Positions 9,819-19,560 of a stretch of 64,000 nt of DNA are shown in pieces; within the stretch, counting starts at the first letter, position 1; each line of letters opens with the position of its first letter. The stretch is from the NCBI GenBank assembly GCA_963750165.1, contig CAVVPN010000010.1:32001-96000 (forward strand). Reading direction: 5' to 3'. The notes under the pieces are model-generated. The model ran no database searches and was not told the origin of the DNA. It saw only the letters and a list, made by a program, of their open reading frames with translations. The stretch comes from an uncultured Gemmataceae bacterium. Its GTDB lineage: Bacteria; Planctomycetota; Planctomycetia; Gemmatales; Gemmataceae. The translations under genes and the position numbers were made by a program.

Positions 9819-11063
9819 ATGAGCAAGTGCCGCAGCGTGTGGACGGTGCTAATCATCAGTCTTGGGGCCCCGGCGGTGTGGGGCCAGGGCCAGGGGTCGG
9901 AGCCGTTGCCCAAGAACATCGTCACCGCCTGGGGGAAGATGGGCGCCAGGGCTGCCTGGATGGGGCCGCCCAACGACAACCTGTTGATGTTCCGGCACGA
10001 CGGCGGCCCAGCCCGGCCCGGCGAAATCCCGGGCTTTTACATCGAGTTCGGCAAATTTAAGCCGGGCGTGCTGGCCGATCTGCCGGCGCCACCGCGGCCG
10101 TTCGGGCTGGATCTCCGCAGCACCAAGGCGACCAACGCCGACCTCAAGGGCCTGGGCAAATTTCAGCAACTCCAGCGTCTGGTGCTGTTCGACACCGACG
10201 TCACCGACGCGGGCCTGAAGGAAGTCGCCGGCCTGAAGAACCTGCGCGAACTGTACCTCAACTTCGCCAGGGTGACCGACACCGGCCTGGAACACCTGGC
10301 TGGCCTGAAGCAGTTGCAAACGCTGAGCCTGGGCAGCGTCCCGATCACAAACGCGGGATTGAAGCACCTGGCCGGGCTGAAACAGCTGCGTGTGCTGGAC
10401 CTCAGAAACACGAAGGTGACGGACGATGGCCTGGCGGTGCTGGCCGGCCTGCCCGAACTGCGGCGGCTGCGGCTCGACATCAACCGCAGCGTGACCGACG
10501 CAGGGCTGAAGCACCTGGCCGGCCTGAAAAAGCTGGAAGAACTGGACATCAACAGCACGGCAGTAACGGACGCGGGCCTGAAGGAACTGGCCGGGCTCAC
10601 GGAACTGCGGCGGTTGAATCTCGGCTTCCTGTTCCAGGTCAGCGACCAGGGCGTAAAGGAGCTGACCGGGCTGAAGAAGCTGGAAGCCCTGCAACTCTTT
10701 GGGACGGGAGTGACCGACAAGAGCCTGCAAGCGCTGGCCACGTACCGGCAGCTGCGGGAACTGGATGTCAGCCACAATCAGCGGGTGACGGACGCGAGCC
10801 TGAAAATCATCGGCGGCCTGAAAGGACTGCGCGACCTGAACCTCAGTTACACCAAGATCAGCGACGCGGGGCTGGAGCACCTGGCGCCGTTGCCGAAACT
10901 GGAGCGCCTGTTGCTGCTGCAGACGAGTGTGTCGGACGCGGGCGTGCGGCACCTGGTCGCTCTGCGGCAGCTGACCTACCTGGCGTTCAACGGCACCAAG
11001 ATCACGGCCAAGGGGCGGGAGATGCTCAAGAAGGGGCTGCCGAAGGTGCGCCTGAACTGGTGA
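9819..11063 (+). CDS. Secreted leucine-rich repeat protein
   Basis: GGAGG SD, signal peptide, many 24-aa repeats of type LxxLxLxxTxVTDAGLxxLAGL. Confidence 0.93.
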   Translation: MSKCRSVWTVLIISLGAPAVWGQGQGSEPLPKNIVTAWGKMGARAAWMGPPNDNLLMFRHDGGPARPGEIPGFYIEFGKFKPGVLADLPAPPRPFGLDLRSTKATNADLKGLGKFQQLQRLVLFDTDVTDAGLKEVAGLKNLRELYLNFARVTDTGLEHLAGLKQLQTLSLGSVPITNAGLKHLAGLKQLRVLDLRNTKVTDDGLAVLAGLPELRRLRLDINRSVTDAGLKHLAGLKKLEELDINSTAVTDAGLKELAGLTELRRLNLGFLFQVSDQGVKELTGLKKLEALQLFGTGVTDKSLQALATYRQLRELDVSHNQRVTDASLKIIGGLKGLRDLNLSYTKISDAGLEHLAPLPKLERLLLLQTSVSDAGVRHLVALRQLTYLAFNGTKITAKGREMLKKGLPKVRLNW

Positions 11064-11177
11064 GGCTACGCGATTGCCACAAACCGGGGGAAGATGCCGA
11101 CCAGGCGCCTTCCCCGGCTTTCGCACTAAAATTATGCCCAGGGATCAGGCTCTGGGTAAGCACAGTGAGCGTCAACG

Positions 11178-11915
11178 ATGGCGGACTGGCTGTTCACCTG
11201 GAAAGGCTACCTGTCTGGTGCGATCATCTTGCTCGGCGCAGTCGTCTTCGCGATCATCTTCCGCGAGGAGAGCACGCTTGGTAATATTGCAGGTATTGTG
11301 GGACTGGTTGTAAGTGTCCTGGGCTTTATCGTGACCATCTGGACCGTGGCCGATGCCCGCCAGCAAATCAAGGAAGCAGGAGTTCGAGCCGAGCGGGCAA
11401 TCACCCGGGCAGCTGAGGAGTCACGCCGTGCGGTGGAAGGGATTGCTGCCCAACTCCGAGCCGCCGACTGCGGGGTGCTTCGCAGCGGCATTGAGGATCT
11501 CCGGCAAGCCGCTCAGGATGCGAAGTGGGCGCGGGCTATTTATCGTTGCCAGGAATGTCGGCTGGTTGCCTACCGGTTGGCGCACGACCGGCGTCTGACC
11601 GACGCGGAGGCGTCCGGGTTGCGTCGGGCCGCGGATGACCTCCTCCTCATCCTCCGATTTAGGAGGCGCCGAACAACAACTTCCAAGAGTAGGACGGCTC
11701 TCCAGAGCCGTCCCGACGGCTCTGGAGAGCCGTCCTACGAAGTTGTTGTTCGGCGCCTCCTTATTGAAAGAAACCGTCGTGCAAAAGAGACAGGTTCTCT
11801 CCAAGATCAACAAATTCAGAAGCTGGATGGGATGATCGGACTGCTCACCGGGATTCAGGGGCGTCTCCACCACGAACCATTGCGGTCAGCCGCGGAGCCT
11901 ACCGATCAACCGTGA
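11178..11915 (+). CDS. Hypothetical membrane protein carrying an in-frame 34-codon MITE insertion
   Basis: Two N-terminal TM helices; lower-GC codon usage; insertion at 11659-11763. Confidence 0.7.
   Translation: MADWLFTWKGYLSGAIILLGAVVFAIIFREESTLGNIAGIVGLVVSVLGFIVTIWTVADARQQIKEAGVRAERAITRAAEESRRAVEGIAAQLRAADCGVLRSGIEDLRQAAQDAKWARAIYRCQECRLVAYRLAHDRRLTDAEASGLRRAADDLLLILRFRRRRTTTSKSRTALQSRPDGSGEPSYEVVVRRLLIERNRRAKETGSLQDQQIQKLDGMIGLLTGIQGRLHHEPLRSAAEPTDQP
11662..11760. mobile_element. 99-bp MITE with perfect 22-bp TIRs and a TTA target duplication, carrying an inverted REP pair
   Basis: GGAGGCGCCGAACAACAACTTC (11662-11683) and its reverse complement (11739-11760); TTA at 11659-11661 and 11761-11763; inner GTAGGACGGCTCTCCAGAGCCGTC...GACGGCTCTGGAGAGCCGTCCTAC. 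Confidence 0.9.
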
Positions 11916-11932
11916 AAGAAACGGAGCAGTCA

Positions 11933-12277
11933 ATGCCTACGCAAACCTCCCCGACTTTGGAAGACCTGTTACGGTTGCTCAACGCCGCCACCGATAGAAA
12001 CGCGATTCATTGGGAAACGACTGCGCAAGAAGACGCCTTTCGGACTGAGTTCGGCTTAGGAATGGTCCGAATTGAAAAGGTGGTCGATTCCGGCGGCTAC
12101 GTGCTTTACCTTCTGAACAACGACGGGACCATCCTGGAAGAGTATCGACCCTCCGGAGAACAAGCACTGATCGGCACCGAGGCCTTGTATCAAAAAGCCC
12201 GCCGCCAGGCGCTAAACCTTGAGGGGAAGCTGAAAAACGTTTTCGACCACCTCAAAAGGTTGGCTGGCGAATCCTGA
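11933..12277 (+). CDS. Hypothetical protein
   Basis: GGAG SD; protein-like composition; lower GC; directly follows the previous gene. Confidence 0.7.
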   Translation: MPTQTSPTLEDLLRLLNAATDRNAIHWETTAQEDAFRTEFGLGMVRIEKVVDSGGYVLYLLNNDGTILEEYRPSGEQALIGTEALYQKARRQALNLEGKLKNVFDHLKRLAGES

Positions 12278-12394
12278 TTTCTTTCAGTTCTGCGTCTTAT
12301 TTCGTTTGAAACAGCCCGCAGCAGGCGTGGGTACTCATCACCATCACCACCGGCAGCCGCCGCTGCCGCCATCACCAACGCAGGAGGGTTCCCC

Positions 12395-13890
12395 ATGTGG
12401 GTGCGCCAGTGCGACCTGGACGCCGAAGCCGAGGCCCCCTCTCCCGTGCCGACGCGCATCGCGTCCAACGAGGAGTTCATCCCGCCGCAGCAGACGCCCA
12501 AGCAAAAAGAGTTTGAAGATCGCCTGAAGGTCGTGAGTGAGGAGGGCGCCAGGGCCCAGGGTATGGACCGCCGCAAGTTCCTGCGCACCGGCAGCGGCAT
12601 GGCGGCGGCGCTGGTGGCGCTCAACCAGACCTTCGGCAACTGCTACGATGTCAGCGCCGCCGAGGTGCAGAATCAGGACGCCTTCAATGAAAAGTGGCCG
12701 AAAAATCAGTTCATCTTCGACGTGCAGACGCACCACATTGATCTGAGCAACAAATGGTTCGAGACCAAGGAGGGCAAGGGCAGTCTGCTGTTCTTCCAGA
12801 TGCTGCGGCCCAGGGCCACCGGTAAGACGCCGCGCGAACGCCTTGAACTGCTCAACCGCATCCACTACGTCAAGGAAATCTTCGGCGACAGCGACACGGT
12901 GATGGCGATCATCAGCGGCGTGCCGACGCGCGACTGGACCACCAACCCACTGCCGCCCGACCAGATGGCCGCCACGCGCGACTATGTGAACCGCCTGGCC
13001 AAGTCCACGCGCGTGCTCTCGCACGGCCTGTTGCGGCCGAACCTCGGCAAGCCCGAGCTGGAGGAGATGGAGCGGCAGGTCAAGAAGCTGCACATCAGCG
13101 CCTGGAAGTGCTACACCGGCGCCGAGCTGGGCGGCGAGTCGTGGCTGCTCAACGACAAGAAGGTGGCGTACCCGTTCTGGGAACGCACGCTCAAGCTGGG
13201 GGTCCGCAACGTTTGCGTCCACAAGGGGCTGCCGCTGGGCGCGTTCAACGAACGGGCCTGCACGCCCAACGACGTGGAGCGCGCCGCCCTGGACTTCCCG
13301 AACCTGAACTTCATCATCTACCACAGCGGCTACCGCGGCACCGGTTTCCTCGGCGCGGCACCGGCAAGCGCGTCGTGGACCCGCCGAACAAGGACCCGCA
13401 GGAAATCCCCTGGATCAGCGAAATCTTCCGCATCCTGCGCCGCAACCCGAAGATTCGCAACGTCTACTTCGAGCTGGGCAGCACCTTCCAGCAGCTGTCG
13501 GCGGGCGACCCGGTGCGCTGCCTGCACATGCTCGGCCAGATGCTGCAGACGGCGGGCGCCGATCACATCCTGTGGGGCACCGACTGCATCTGGGGCGGCA
13601 GTCCGCAGAGCCAGATCGAACGGTTGCGGCGGCTGAAGATGACCGATGAATTGATGAACAAATATAAATATCCGCAACTGACCGACGCGATCAAGAACCA
13701 GATCCTCGGCCTGAACGCGGCGCGGTTGTGGAACGTCGATGTCAAGGCGCAGCGCAACGCCATCAAGACGGATCGGCTGACGCAGCTTCGGCAGGAGTAC
13801 CGGCGCGACCCGCTGCCGACCAACACGCAATACGGTTGGGTGTGGGTTGAGGACGGCCGCGAGCCGTCGGTGCCGGTCGGAAATGCGTGA
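12395..13890 (+). CDS. Amidohydrolase family protein, frameshift near 13355
   Basis: FIFDVQTHH, WKCYT, NVCVHKGLP, FIIYHSG and ILWGTDCIW metal-binding motifs; internal RRKFL motif. Confidence 0.88.
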
Positions 13891-13912
13891 ACGAACTGCG
13901 ACCACGAGGTCC

Positions 13913-13956
13913 GAGCCCGAGCGCCAGCGAGGGGTACCCGCTGGTGCTTCGGGCTC
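13913..13956. repeat. Palindromic repeat family C (GAGCCCGAGCGCCAGCG), degenerate copy
   Basis: Other copies at 15304-15364, 34979-35033, 51529-51577 and 55448-55500. Confidence 0.75.
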
Positions 13957-13963
13957 AGTTTTG

Positions 13964-15208
13964 CTAGCGCATCTTCCGCCAGCCGAGGAACAGCGTGGAG
14001 CCGCACGTGAGCAGGCCCATCACCGACGGCAGCACCGGCAGGCCCGACCCGTTCTCCCGCGCCGGCGCACTGACGGCCTCCTGCTGCGGCGCGGGCGTCG
14101 TCCGCACCCGGGGCGCCGCCTCGACCGGAACCTCACGCGGCATGGTTCTCGGCGCCTGGGCGACGGCGACCGCACCCGGTGCCGCGTCCGCGACGGCGTT
14201 CACGAAGACCGTCCCGGGCTGACCGCTGCGCTTCGCCTTCGGCAGACCGCCGCGGACGTTAAACAGACCGTCCGCCTGCGGAGCGGAAACGTCCGTGGTG
14301 CTCACGTCCGGGATGCTCACGTCCGGAGTGCTCACATCCGGGGTCGGCGGCGTGACGCTGGCGGACTGAACGTTGGGATCCGTCGGGTCCGTGGACGCCA
14401 CATCATTGGTGCCGGCGCCGGTGCTACCGCCGCCCATGCTGCCGCCGCCCGAGCCGCTGTAGCCGTTGGACATGCCGCCGTAGCCGCCGCCCGTGCCGCC
14501 GAAGCCGTAGGGCATGCCGCCGTAGTTGATGATCGGCGTCGAACCGGTCGAGCCGGTCGTGGCGGTCGTGGCAGTCGTGGACTGCGTCTTGTTGTTGTGG
14601 TCGCGGTGCCCGTCGTGGTCGCGGTGCCCGTCGTGCCCGTGCGGCCAGTACGGCCAGAAGCTGCCGCGGGTGTTCACCACGACATTGGTGATCACGTTGG
14701 TGGTCACCTGCGGCTTCGTACCCTTCTGGCCCGCGTTCGTGGTCACGTGCGGCTTCGTACCCTTCTGGCCCGCGTTCGTGGTGACCTGCGGCTTCGTGCC
14801 TGACTGGCCAGCCTTGGTGTTGAACTGCGATTTCGTGGTCTGGCTGCCGATTTTGTTGGTGCCCGGCAGCTTCATGCCCTGGTTGCTGGCGTGAAGGGTG
14901 CCGTTGCCCTTGTGTGGCATGGGGACGTGCCGAATGCCGCCGAACGGCATGACGCTACCGACGTTGATGTTCACGTTGACCCGCACCGACGTGCCCACCT
15001 TGCCCGCCTGATGCTGGCCGGTCTGGTTCATCGGGTGATGGGCCGGCTGATTCGCCGGGTGGTTGACGACCGCGGCGTGATGGACCGGCCCGCCGGCGTA
15101 ATGGACTGGGCCGCCGGCGTGTCCGCCCCCGCCGTGCTTTTGGGCCTGCACGGACGTGGGCACTGCCACGACCGCCGCCAGCAAGAATACTGGCCAAACC
15201 TTTCTCAT
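13964..15208 (-). CDS. Low-complexity secreted protein with a C-terminal membrane anchor
   Basis: Signal peptide MRKVWPVFLLAAVVAVPTSVQA; His/Gly/Thr-rich repeats; tandem TNAGQKGTKPxVT; C-terminal TM helix plus WRKMR. Confidence 0.8.
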   Translation of the reverse strand: MRKVWPVFLLAAVVAVPTSVQAQKHGGGGHAGGPVHYAGGPVHHAAVVNHPANQPAHHPMNQTGQHQAGKVGTSVRVNVNINVGSVMPFGGIRHVPMPHKGNGTLHASNQGMKLPGTNKIGSQTTKSQFNTKAGQSGTKPQVTTNAGQKGTKPHVTTNAGQKGTKPQVTTNVITNVVVNTRGSFWPYWPHGHDGHRDHDGHRDHNNKTQSTTATTATTGSTGSTPIINYGGMPYGFGGTGGGYGGMSNGYSGSGGGSMGGGSTGAGTNDVASTDPTDPNVQSASVTPPTPDVSTPDVSIPDVSTTDVSAPQADGLFNVRGGLPKAKRSGQPGTVFVNAVADAAPGAVAVAQAPRTMPREVPVEAAPRVRTTPAPQQEAVSAPARENGSGLPVLPSVMGLLTCGSTLFLGWRKMR

Positions 15209-15303
15209 GACTGCACCTCTTCGGAAAAAGTTGCTTCCACTTTTGCCCCGGTACCCCAATTGGGCAGGAAAGTTTAGCTTTTTCCAAAGGTGAGTCAAAA
15301 AGC

Positions 15304-15364
15304 GTCTGAGCTTGAGCGCCAGCGAAGGGCACAGCAGGCCCCTCGCTGGCGCTCAAGCTCAGAC
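15304..15364. repeat. Palindromic repeat family C
   Basis: GTCTGAGCTTGAGCGCCAGCGA...TCGCTGGCGCTCAAGCTCAGAC. Confidence 0.8.
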
Positions 15365-15391
15365 CAGCGCTGCGGGCTCAGCAAATCCAGA

Positions 15392-16918
15392 TCAGCGCGC
15401 CTTCAGGAACGGCGGCGGCGCTTTCGGGTCGGCGACGAAGGCGTCCACCGGTTCGCCCTCCAGCGCCCGCAGGAACAATACCAGGTCGGCCTTGTCCTGT
15501 TTGGTCAGGTTCAGCTTCAGCGGAATGATCGGCCGCTGGTCCGGGCCGAACAGGAACGGCTTCGGCCCCTGGTACGGCGTCTTGTGGCGGCGGCTCATCT
15601 CATAGACCCGCTCGGCGGTCTCATCGCGCATCTTGTTCGACAGGAATTCATTGGGGTTGCCGCCGCGGTCGTAGAACTCGACCACCTCCGCAAGCGTCTT
15701 CTCGGCGCCGGTGTGCATGTACGGGCCGGTGCCGACCAGGCCGCGCAGCGTGGGCGTCTTCCAGGCGCCCAGCATCGCGAAGTCCTTGGCGCCGGTCGGC
15801 AGCTGAGCGAAGCGGCCCTGGGCGTCCCGCGGAATCTTGCCGTCCTTGCCGACGCCAACACCCAGGTTGTGGAACGAGTTGTCGGTGTAGTTGTCGCCGG
15901 CATGGCAGGTCGCGCAGCGTGCCTTGCCGAAGAACAGCGCCCGGCCGCGCGCCAGGCTGGCGGCCACCTTGTTGATGGCCTTGTCGTCGTCCAGCTCGGC
16001 GCCCAGCATCTTCAGCGCCGGATCCTGCTTCTTGAGCGCCGCCCTGAGCACCAGGGCGAAATCCTCCGCTTTCGGGTTGAAGTCGCTGCCGCCGTCGTCG
16101 GAGACGCGCACGCGCGCCGCCAGCTCGGCGCGGTCCACCAGGGCGTTGCCCGACAGGACCGTGCGTTCATAGATGGCGATGGCCTTGGCGATGGCGTCGC
16201 GCGTCGGCAGGGTGCCGAACGCCTTCTTGAAGCGGGCCGTGTAGTCGCCCTTCGCACGCACCCGCGCGATCGACCTGTACCAGGCGTGGCCCTTGCCGTC
16301 GAACATCTCGATGGGGTTGCCGACGGGGCCCTGAGCCTGGTCCTCCAGCGACTTCGCCCGGCCGTCCCAGAACTGGAAGGCGTTGTAGCCGCTGTTCAGC
16401 ACCGTCGGCGCGCTGACGCCGCCCTTCTGGCCGCTGATGCCGACCGACACCGGCGCCTGATCGGTGTAGCCGCGGCGCGGGTCGTGACAGGACGCGCAGG
16501 AGACGGTGCCGTCGGAGGACAGCACGGGATCGAAGTACAGATCGCGGCCCAGCGCCCAGCGCGCCGCCGTCATGGGGTTCTCGGCCGGCACCGGCGGGCC
16601 CTGGCTCAGGCCCAGCGGCACCTTGATCTTGAGCACCTTGCGGGTCAGCGGTTCGCCGGTGAACGGGTCCGTCGTTTTCTCGGTGCCCTCGTTCCAGTAG
16701 GACGTGAGCTTGGTCCACTCCTTCAGGTTCTGCGATCGGCTGACGAAGTAAATCGGCATCTCGTCTGCGGCGGGGGTCATCCAGGTGTGGTTGGGGACTT
16801 GCCAGTCGTAGCCATCGTACAGGTCCCTGGGAATCTGCTGCTGCGCCAGGCCCAGGGACCCGACCAGGGGCCAGAACAGCACCCCCGCAAGGGCCAGCCG
16901 CCATGCGTTCACGGTCAT
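15392..16918 (-). CDS. Diheme cytochrome c peroxidase (bCcP/MauG family)
   Basis: Signal peptide; LGRDLYFDPVLS..VSCASCH, QFWDGRA..LEDQ, CATCH, KTPTLRGL..TGPYMHTG. Confidence 0.92.
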   Translation of the reverse strand: MTVNAWRLALAGVLFWPLVGSLGLAQQQIPRDLYDGYDWQVPNHTWMTPAADEMPIYFVSRSQNLKEWTKLTSYWNEGTEKTTDPFTGEPLTRKVLKIKVPLGLSQGPPVPAENPMTAARWALGRDLYFDPVLSSDGTVSCASCHDPRRGYTDQAPVSVGISGQKGGVSAPTVLNSGYNAFQFWDGRAKSLEDQAQGPVGNPIEMFDGKGHAWYRSIARVRAKGDYTARFKKAFGTLPTRDAIAKAIAIYERTVLSGNALVDRAELAARVRVSDDGGSDFNPKAEDFALVLRAALKKQDPALKMLGAELDDDKAINKVAASLARGRALFFGKARCATCHAGDNYTDNSFHNLGVGVGKDGKIPRDAQGRFAQLPTGAKDFAMLGAWKTPTLRGLVGTGPYMHTGAEKTLAEVVEFYDRGGNPNEFLSNKMRDETAERVYEMSRRHKTPYQGPKPFLFGPDQRPIIPLKLNLTKQDKADLVLFLRALEGEPVDAFVADPKAPPPFLKAR

Positions 16919-17030
16919 GCGTCGCGTACCTCGTGGTTGGAAATAACAGGCGGGGAAATACTTGACATCCCTATTATTCATAGAGTCTCGATGCCGCCGC
17001 ATCCAGGCGCTGGCCTGAAAAATCGCGCCC

Positions 17031-17705
17031 TCAGCGGACCACGGGGTAATACGCCGCCAGCCGATCCGGGTGGACGCCCGCCGCGGCCAGGGCGGTCAGC
17101 ACCCAGTTGCGCAGCGTCTGCCGCACCAGGCCGGTGCGCTGCCAGCGCCGCGGCGACACGAAGATGCGCCGCGGCAGCACCGCGACCCGGCCCAGGCGGC
17201 GCAGGGCGCGGCTGAAGAACACATCCTCCATGAGCCGCAGCGGCGGGAAGCCGCCCAGGCGCTCGAAGTCCGTTCGCCGCACCGCCAGCCCCTGATCGCC
17301 GTAGACCAGGCCCGTCAGCCGCACCCGGGCGGTGGCACAGGCGTCAATGGATCGGTACAGCAGCCCGGCGGCGCGCACGGTCATCGTGAAGCTGGCGGCG
17401 CTGGTGTCGCGGCGGCGCAGTGCAGCGCGGGCCGCCGCCAGCGCCCCCGCTTCCAGCGTGCAGTCGGCGTGCAGGAACAGCAGCACGTCGCCGCGGGCCT
17501 GGGCGGCGCCGGCGTTCATCTGACTGGCCCGGCCGCGCGGCGCGGTCAGCACCAGGTCCGCGGCGGCAGCGGCCTCCCCCGTGCCGTCCGTGCTGCCGCC
17601 GTCCACGACGATGATTTCGCGGGCGCCCTGGCCGGCCAGGCTGCGCAAGGTCTCGGGCAGGCAGTCGGCCTCGTTGAGTGCGGGGATAATGACGGAAACG
17701 GTCAT
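17031..17705 (-). CDS. GT2 glycosyltransferase, TIGR04283-like
   Basis: SVIIPALNE, VVDGGSTDGT, GRASQMNAGA, LLFLHAD, YGDQG, LMEDV and SPRRW motifs. Confidence 0.9.
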   Translation of the reverse strand: MTVSVIIPALNEADCLPETLRSLAGQGAREIIVVDGGSTDGTGEAAAAADLVLTAPRGRASQMNAGAAQARGDVLLFLHADCTLEAGALAAARAALRRRDTSAASFTMTVRAAGLLYRSIDACATARVRLTGLVYGDQGLAVRRTDFERLGGFPPLRLMEDVFFSRALRRLGRVAVLPRRIFVSPRRWQRTGLVRQTLRNWVLTALAAAGVHPDRLAAYYPVVR

Positions 17706-17729
17706 GGGTGGCGGGGGTGCGGGGCGGCG

Positions 17730-19202
17730 CTACCGGGCCGCAGCGGTGAGGCGTTCCAGGTGCAGGACCGTCACGTCCTGAAAGGGGTGTCGGCCAAGGA
17801 CGCGCCACGCCCCGGGCGCCAGCGCCGCCAGGTAGTCCCGCTCCTCGTCGGCGCCGTGCGGCGCCAGCACCCACAGACGCCGCACCGGCCCCGCGGCCAA
17901 ACCCGCCTCGGAAGTCGGCGCAGGCGCGGGCGGGTCGTGGGCGACCAGGTGGTGCGGCCGGTAAAGCGGCCCCAGCCCCCGGAAATAATAGGCGTGCTCC
18001 CAGTAAAAGCCCACCACCGGCTCGTCGGTCTGCCGGGCGTGCAGCACGAAGGCCGCGGGCGTGGCCGCGTCCAGGCGCTGCCACGGCCGCACCAGCCGAT
18101 AGGCCGCCTGGCCGACCGGCGCCAGCAGCAGCGCCGCCAGCGCCAGCGGCGCCAGCCGGTGCCGGTGCCGCAGCCACGCCCAGGTCGGCGCCACCCCGGC
18201 GGCGCTGAGCAGCAGCACCGCGGGGGCCGCGTAGACCGTCACGCGCAGCGCCCCCAGCAGGTAATAGCCCAGCAGCCACGCCAGCACGTTCAGCGCCAGC
18301 GGCCAGACCAGGAACCCCAGCAGCGTCCGCCGGCCGTCGCGCCACAGGCGAACGCAGCCGACCGCCGCCAGCGGCAGAAGGGTCCAGCCGACCGGCTCCG
18401 CTGCGTAGCTGAACACGCCGGCCACGCGCCAAACGGCCACCACGGGGACCGCCCAGGGCGTGTGCCAGGGCGGAAAGGAGTCGCGCCAGTAATTCACCAT
18501 GCCGGGGTCGCGCTGCGCCTGCACCGGCCCCAGGTACAGGCACACGAAGGCCGCCGCCAGCAAGGCCAGCATCGTCAGATAGGTAAGCCATGGGCCCGGC
18601 CTGCGGGCGCGGCCGACGGCCGGCAGCAGCGTCAGCGCGACGCCGCCCAGGAGGAAACACGCGGGATACGACAGGAACAGCAGCACCGGGCTGAGCAGCG
18701 CCAGCGGCAGCAGTCGCCGCAGCGTGAGGGCGTTGGCGGCCCACAGCGCCAACCCCAGGACCACGGCAGCCACGAACACGTCGGTGGCGTAGGGCTTGCC
18801 CTCGCAGCCGTGCCAGAGCAGCCGGTCGGAGGTGGCGACCAGGGCCGCGAACGCCAGGGCGCCGGCCGGCGGCAGCAGTCGGCGACCGAGTTCCGCCAGA
18901 AACAGCAGCGCCGCACAGCTGGCCAGGAACGGCAGCAGGCGCAGCGCCAGGGGGTCGTCGCCCAGGAGCAGCACCAGGATTTTTTGCAGCCACAGAAACA
19001 GCGGCGGCGCGGCCTGGGTGAAATACAGCGGCCCGGTCAAGCCGGCGAAGGACTTGCCGATGATGTTCAGCAACAGGGCTGCCTCGTCGTGCCAGACCGG
19101 CGGATTTTGCAGGTAGTACCCGGCCCGCAGCGCCAGGCCCAGCGCCACCACGGCCAGGAGCCAGTGACGGGGGGATTCGGCCGCGGGCCGGCGGAGGAAC
19201 AT
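17730..19202 (-). CDS. GT-C fold (PMT/GT39-like) membrane glycosyltransferase
   Basis: Polytopic membrane protein; WHDEA..N, QAAPPLFL, ALRL.P and EGKPY motifs. Confidence 0.8.
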   Translation of the reverse strand: MFLRRPAAESPRHWLLAVVALGLALRAGYYLQNPPVWHDEAALLLNIIGKSFAGLTGPLYFTQAAPPLFLWLQKILVLLLGDDPLALRLLPFLASCAALLFLAELGRRLLPPAGALAFAALVATSDRLLWHGCEGKPYATDVFVAAVVLGLALWAANALTLRRLLPLALLSPVLLFLSYPACFLLGGVALTLLPAVGRARRPGPWLTYLTMLALLAAAFVCLYLGPVQAQRDPGMVNYWRDSFPPWHTPWAVPVVAVWRVAGVFSYAAEPVGWTLLPLAAVGCVRLWRDGRRTLLGFLVWPLALNVLAWLLGYYLLGALRVTVYAAPAVLLLSAAGVAPTWAWLRHRHRLAPLALAALLLAPVGQAAYRLVRPWQRLDAATPAAFVLHARQTDEPVVGFYWEHAYYFRGLGPLYRPHHLVAHDPPAPAPTSEAGLAAGPVRRLWVLAPHGADEERDYLAALAPGAWRVLGRHPFQDVTVLHLERLTAAAR

Positions 19203-19560
19203 GCGCACCCTCTTTGCCTGGAACAACGAACGCCAGGGCGGCCGAGCCGCCACGGGAGCGGCTCATACGCGGAGCGGTGCGGGAAGACAAGAGCGGTTTT
19301 GGGGCGCGATTGCAATCAACGGCTGCGGGTCTTAAAATCTGGGTATGGTAATCATTCGCTTTCCAGACTCTGCTGTGGAACGCCGTGCCCTGGGCTATCT
19401 GGTCGGCCGTTTCTCCTTCAAATCCTGGGCCAACGGTGATCTCATGTTGCCGGAATAAGCCCTGGCCTCGTTGGCGATGGAGGGGATTTCGTTCACCGTC
19501 CAGGGACCGGCCACTTATGAACAAATAGCGACGGCGGGATGGAACTGTCTTCGTTCGTAG

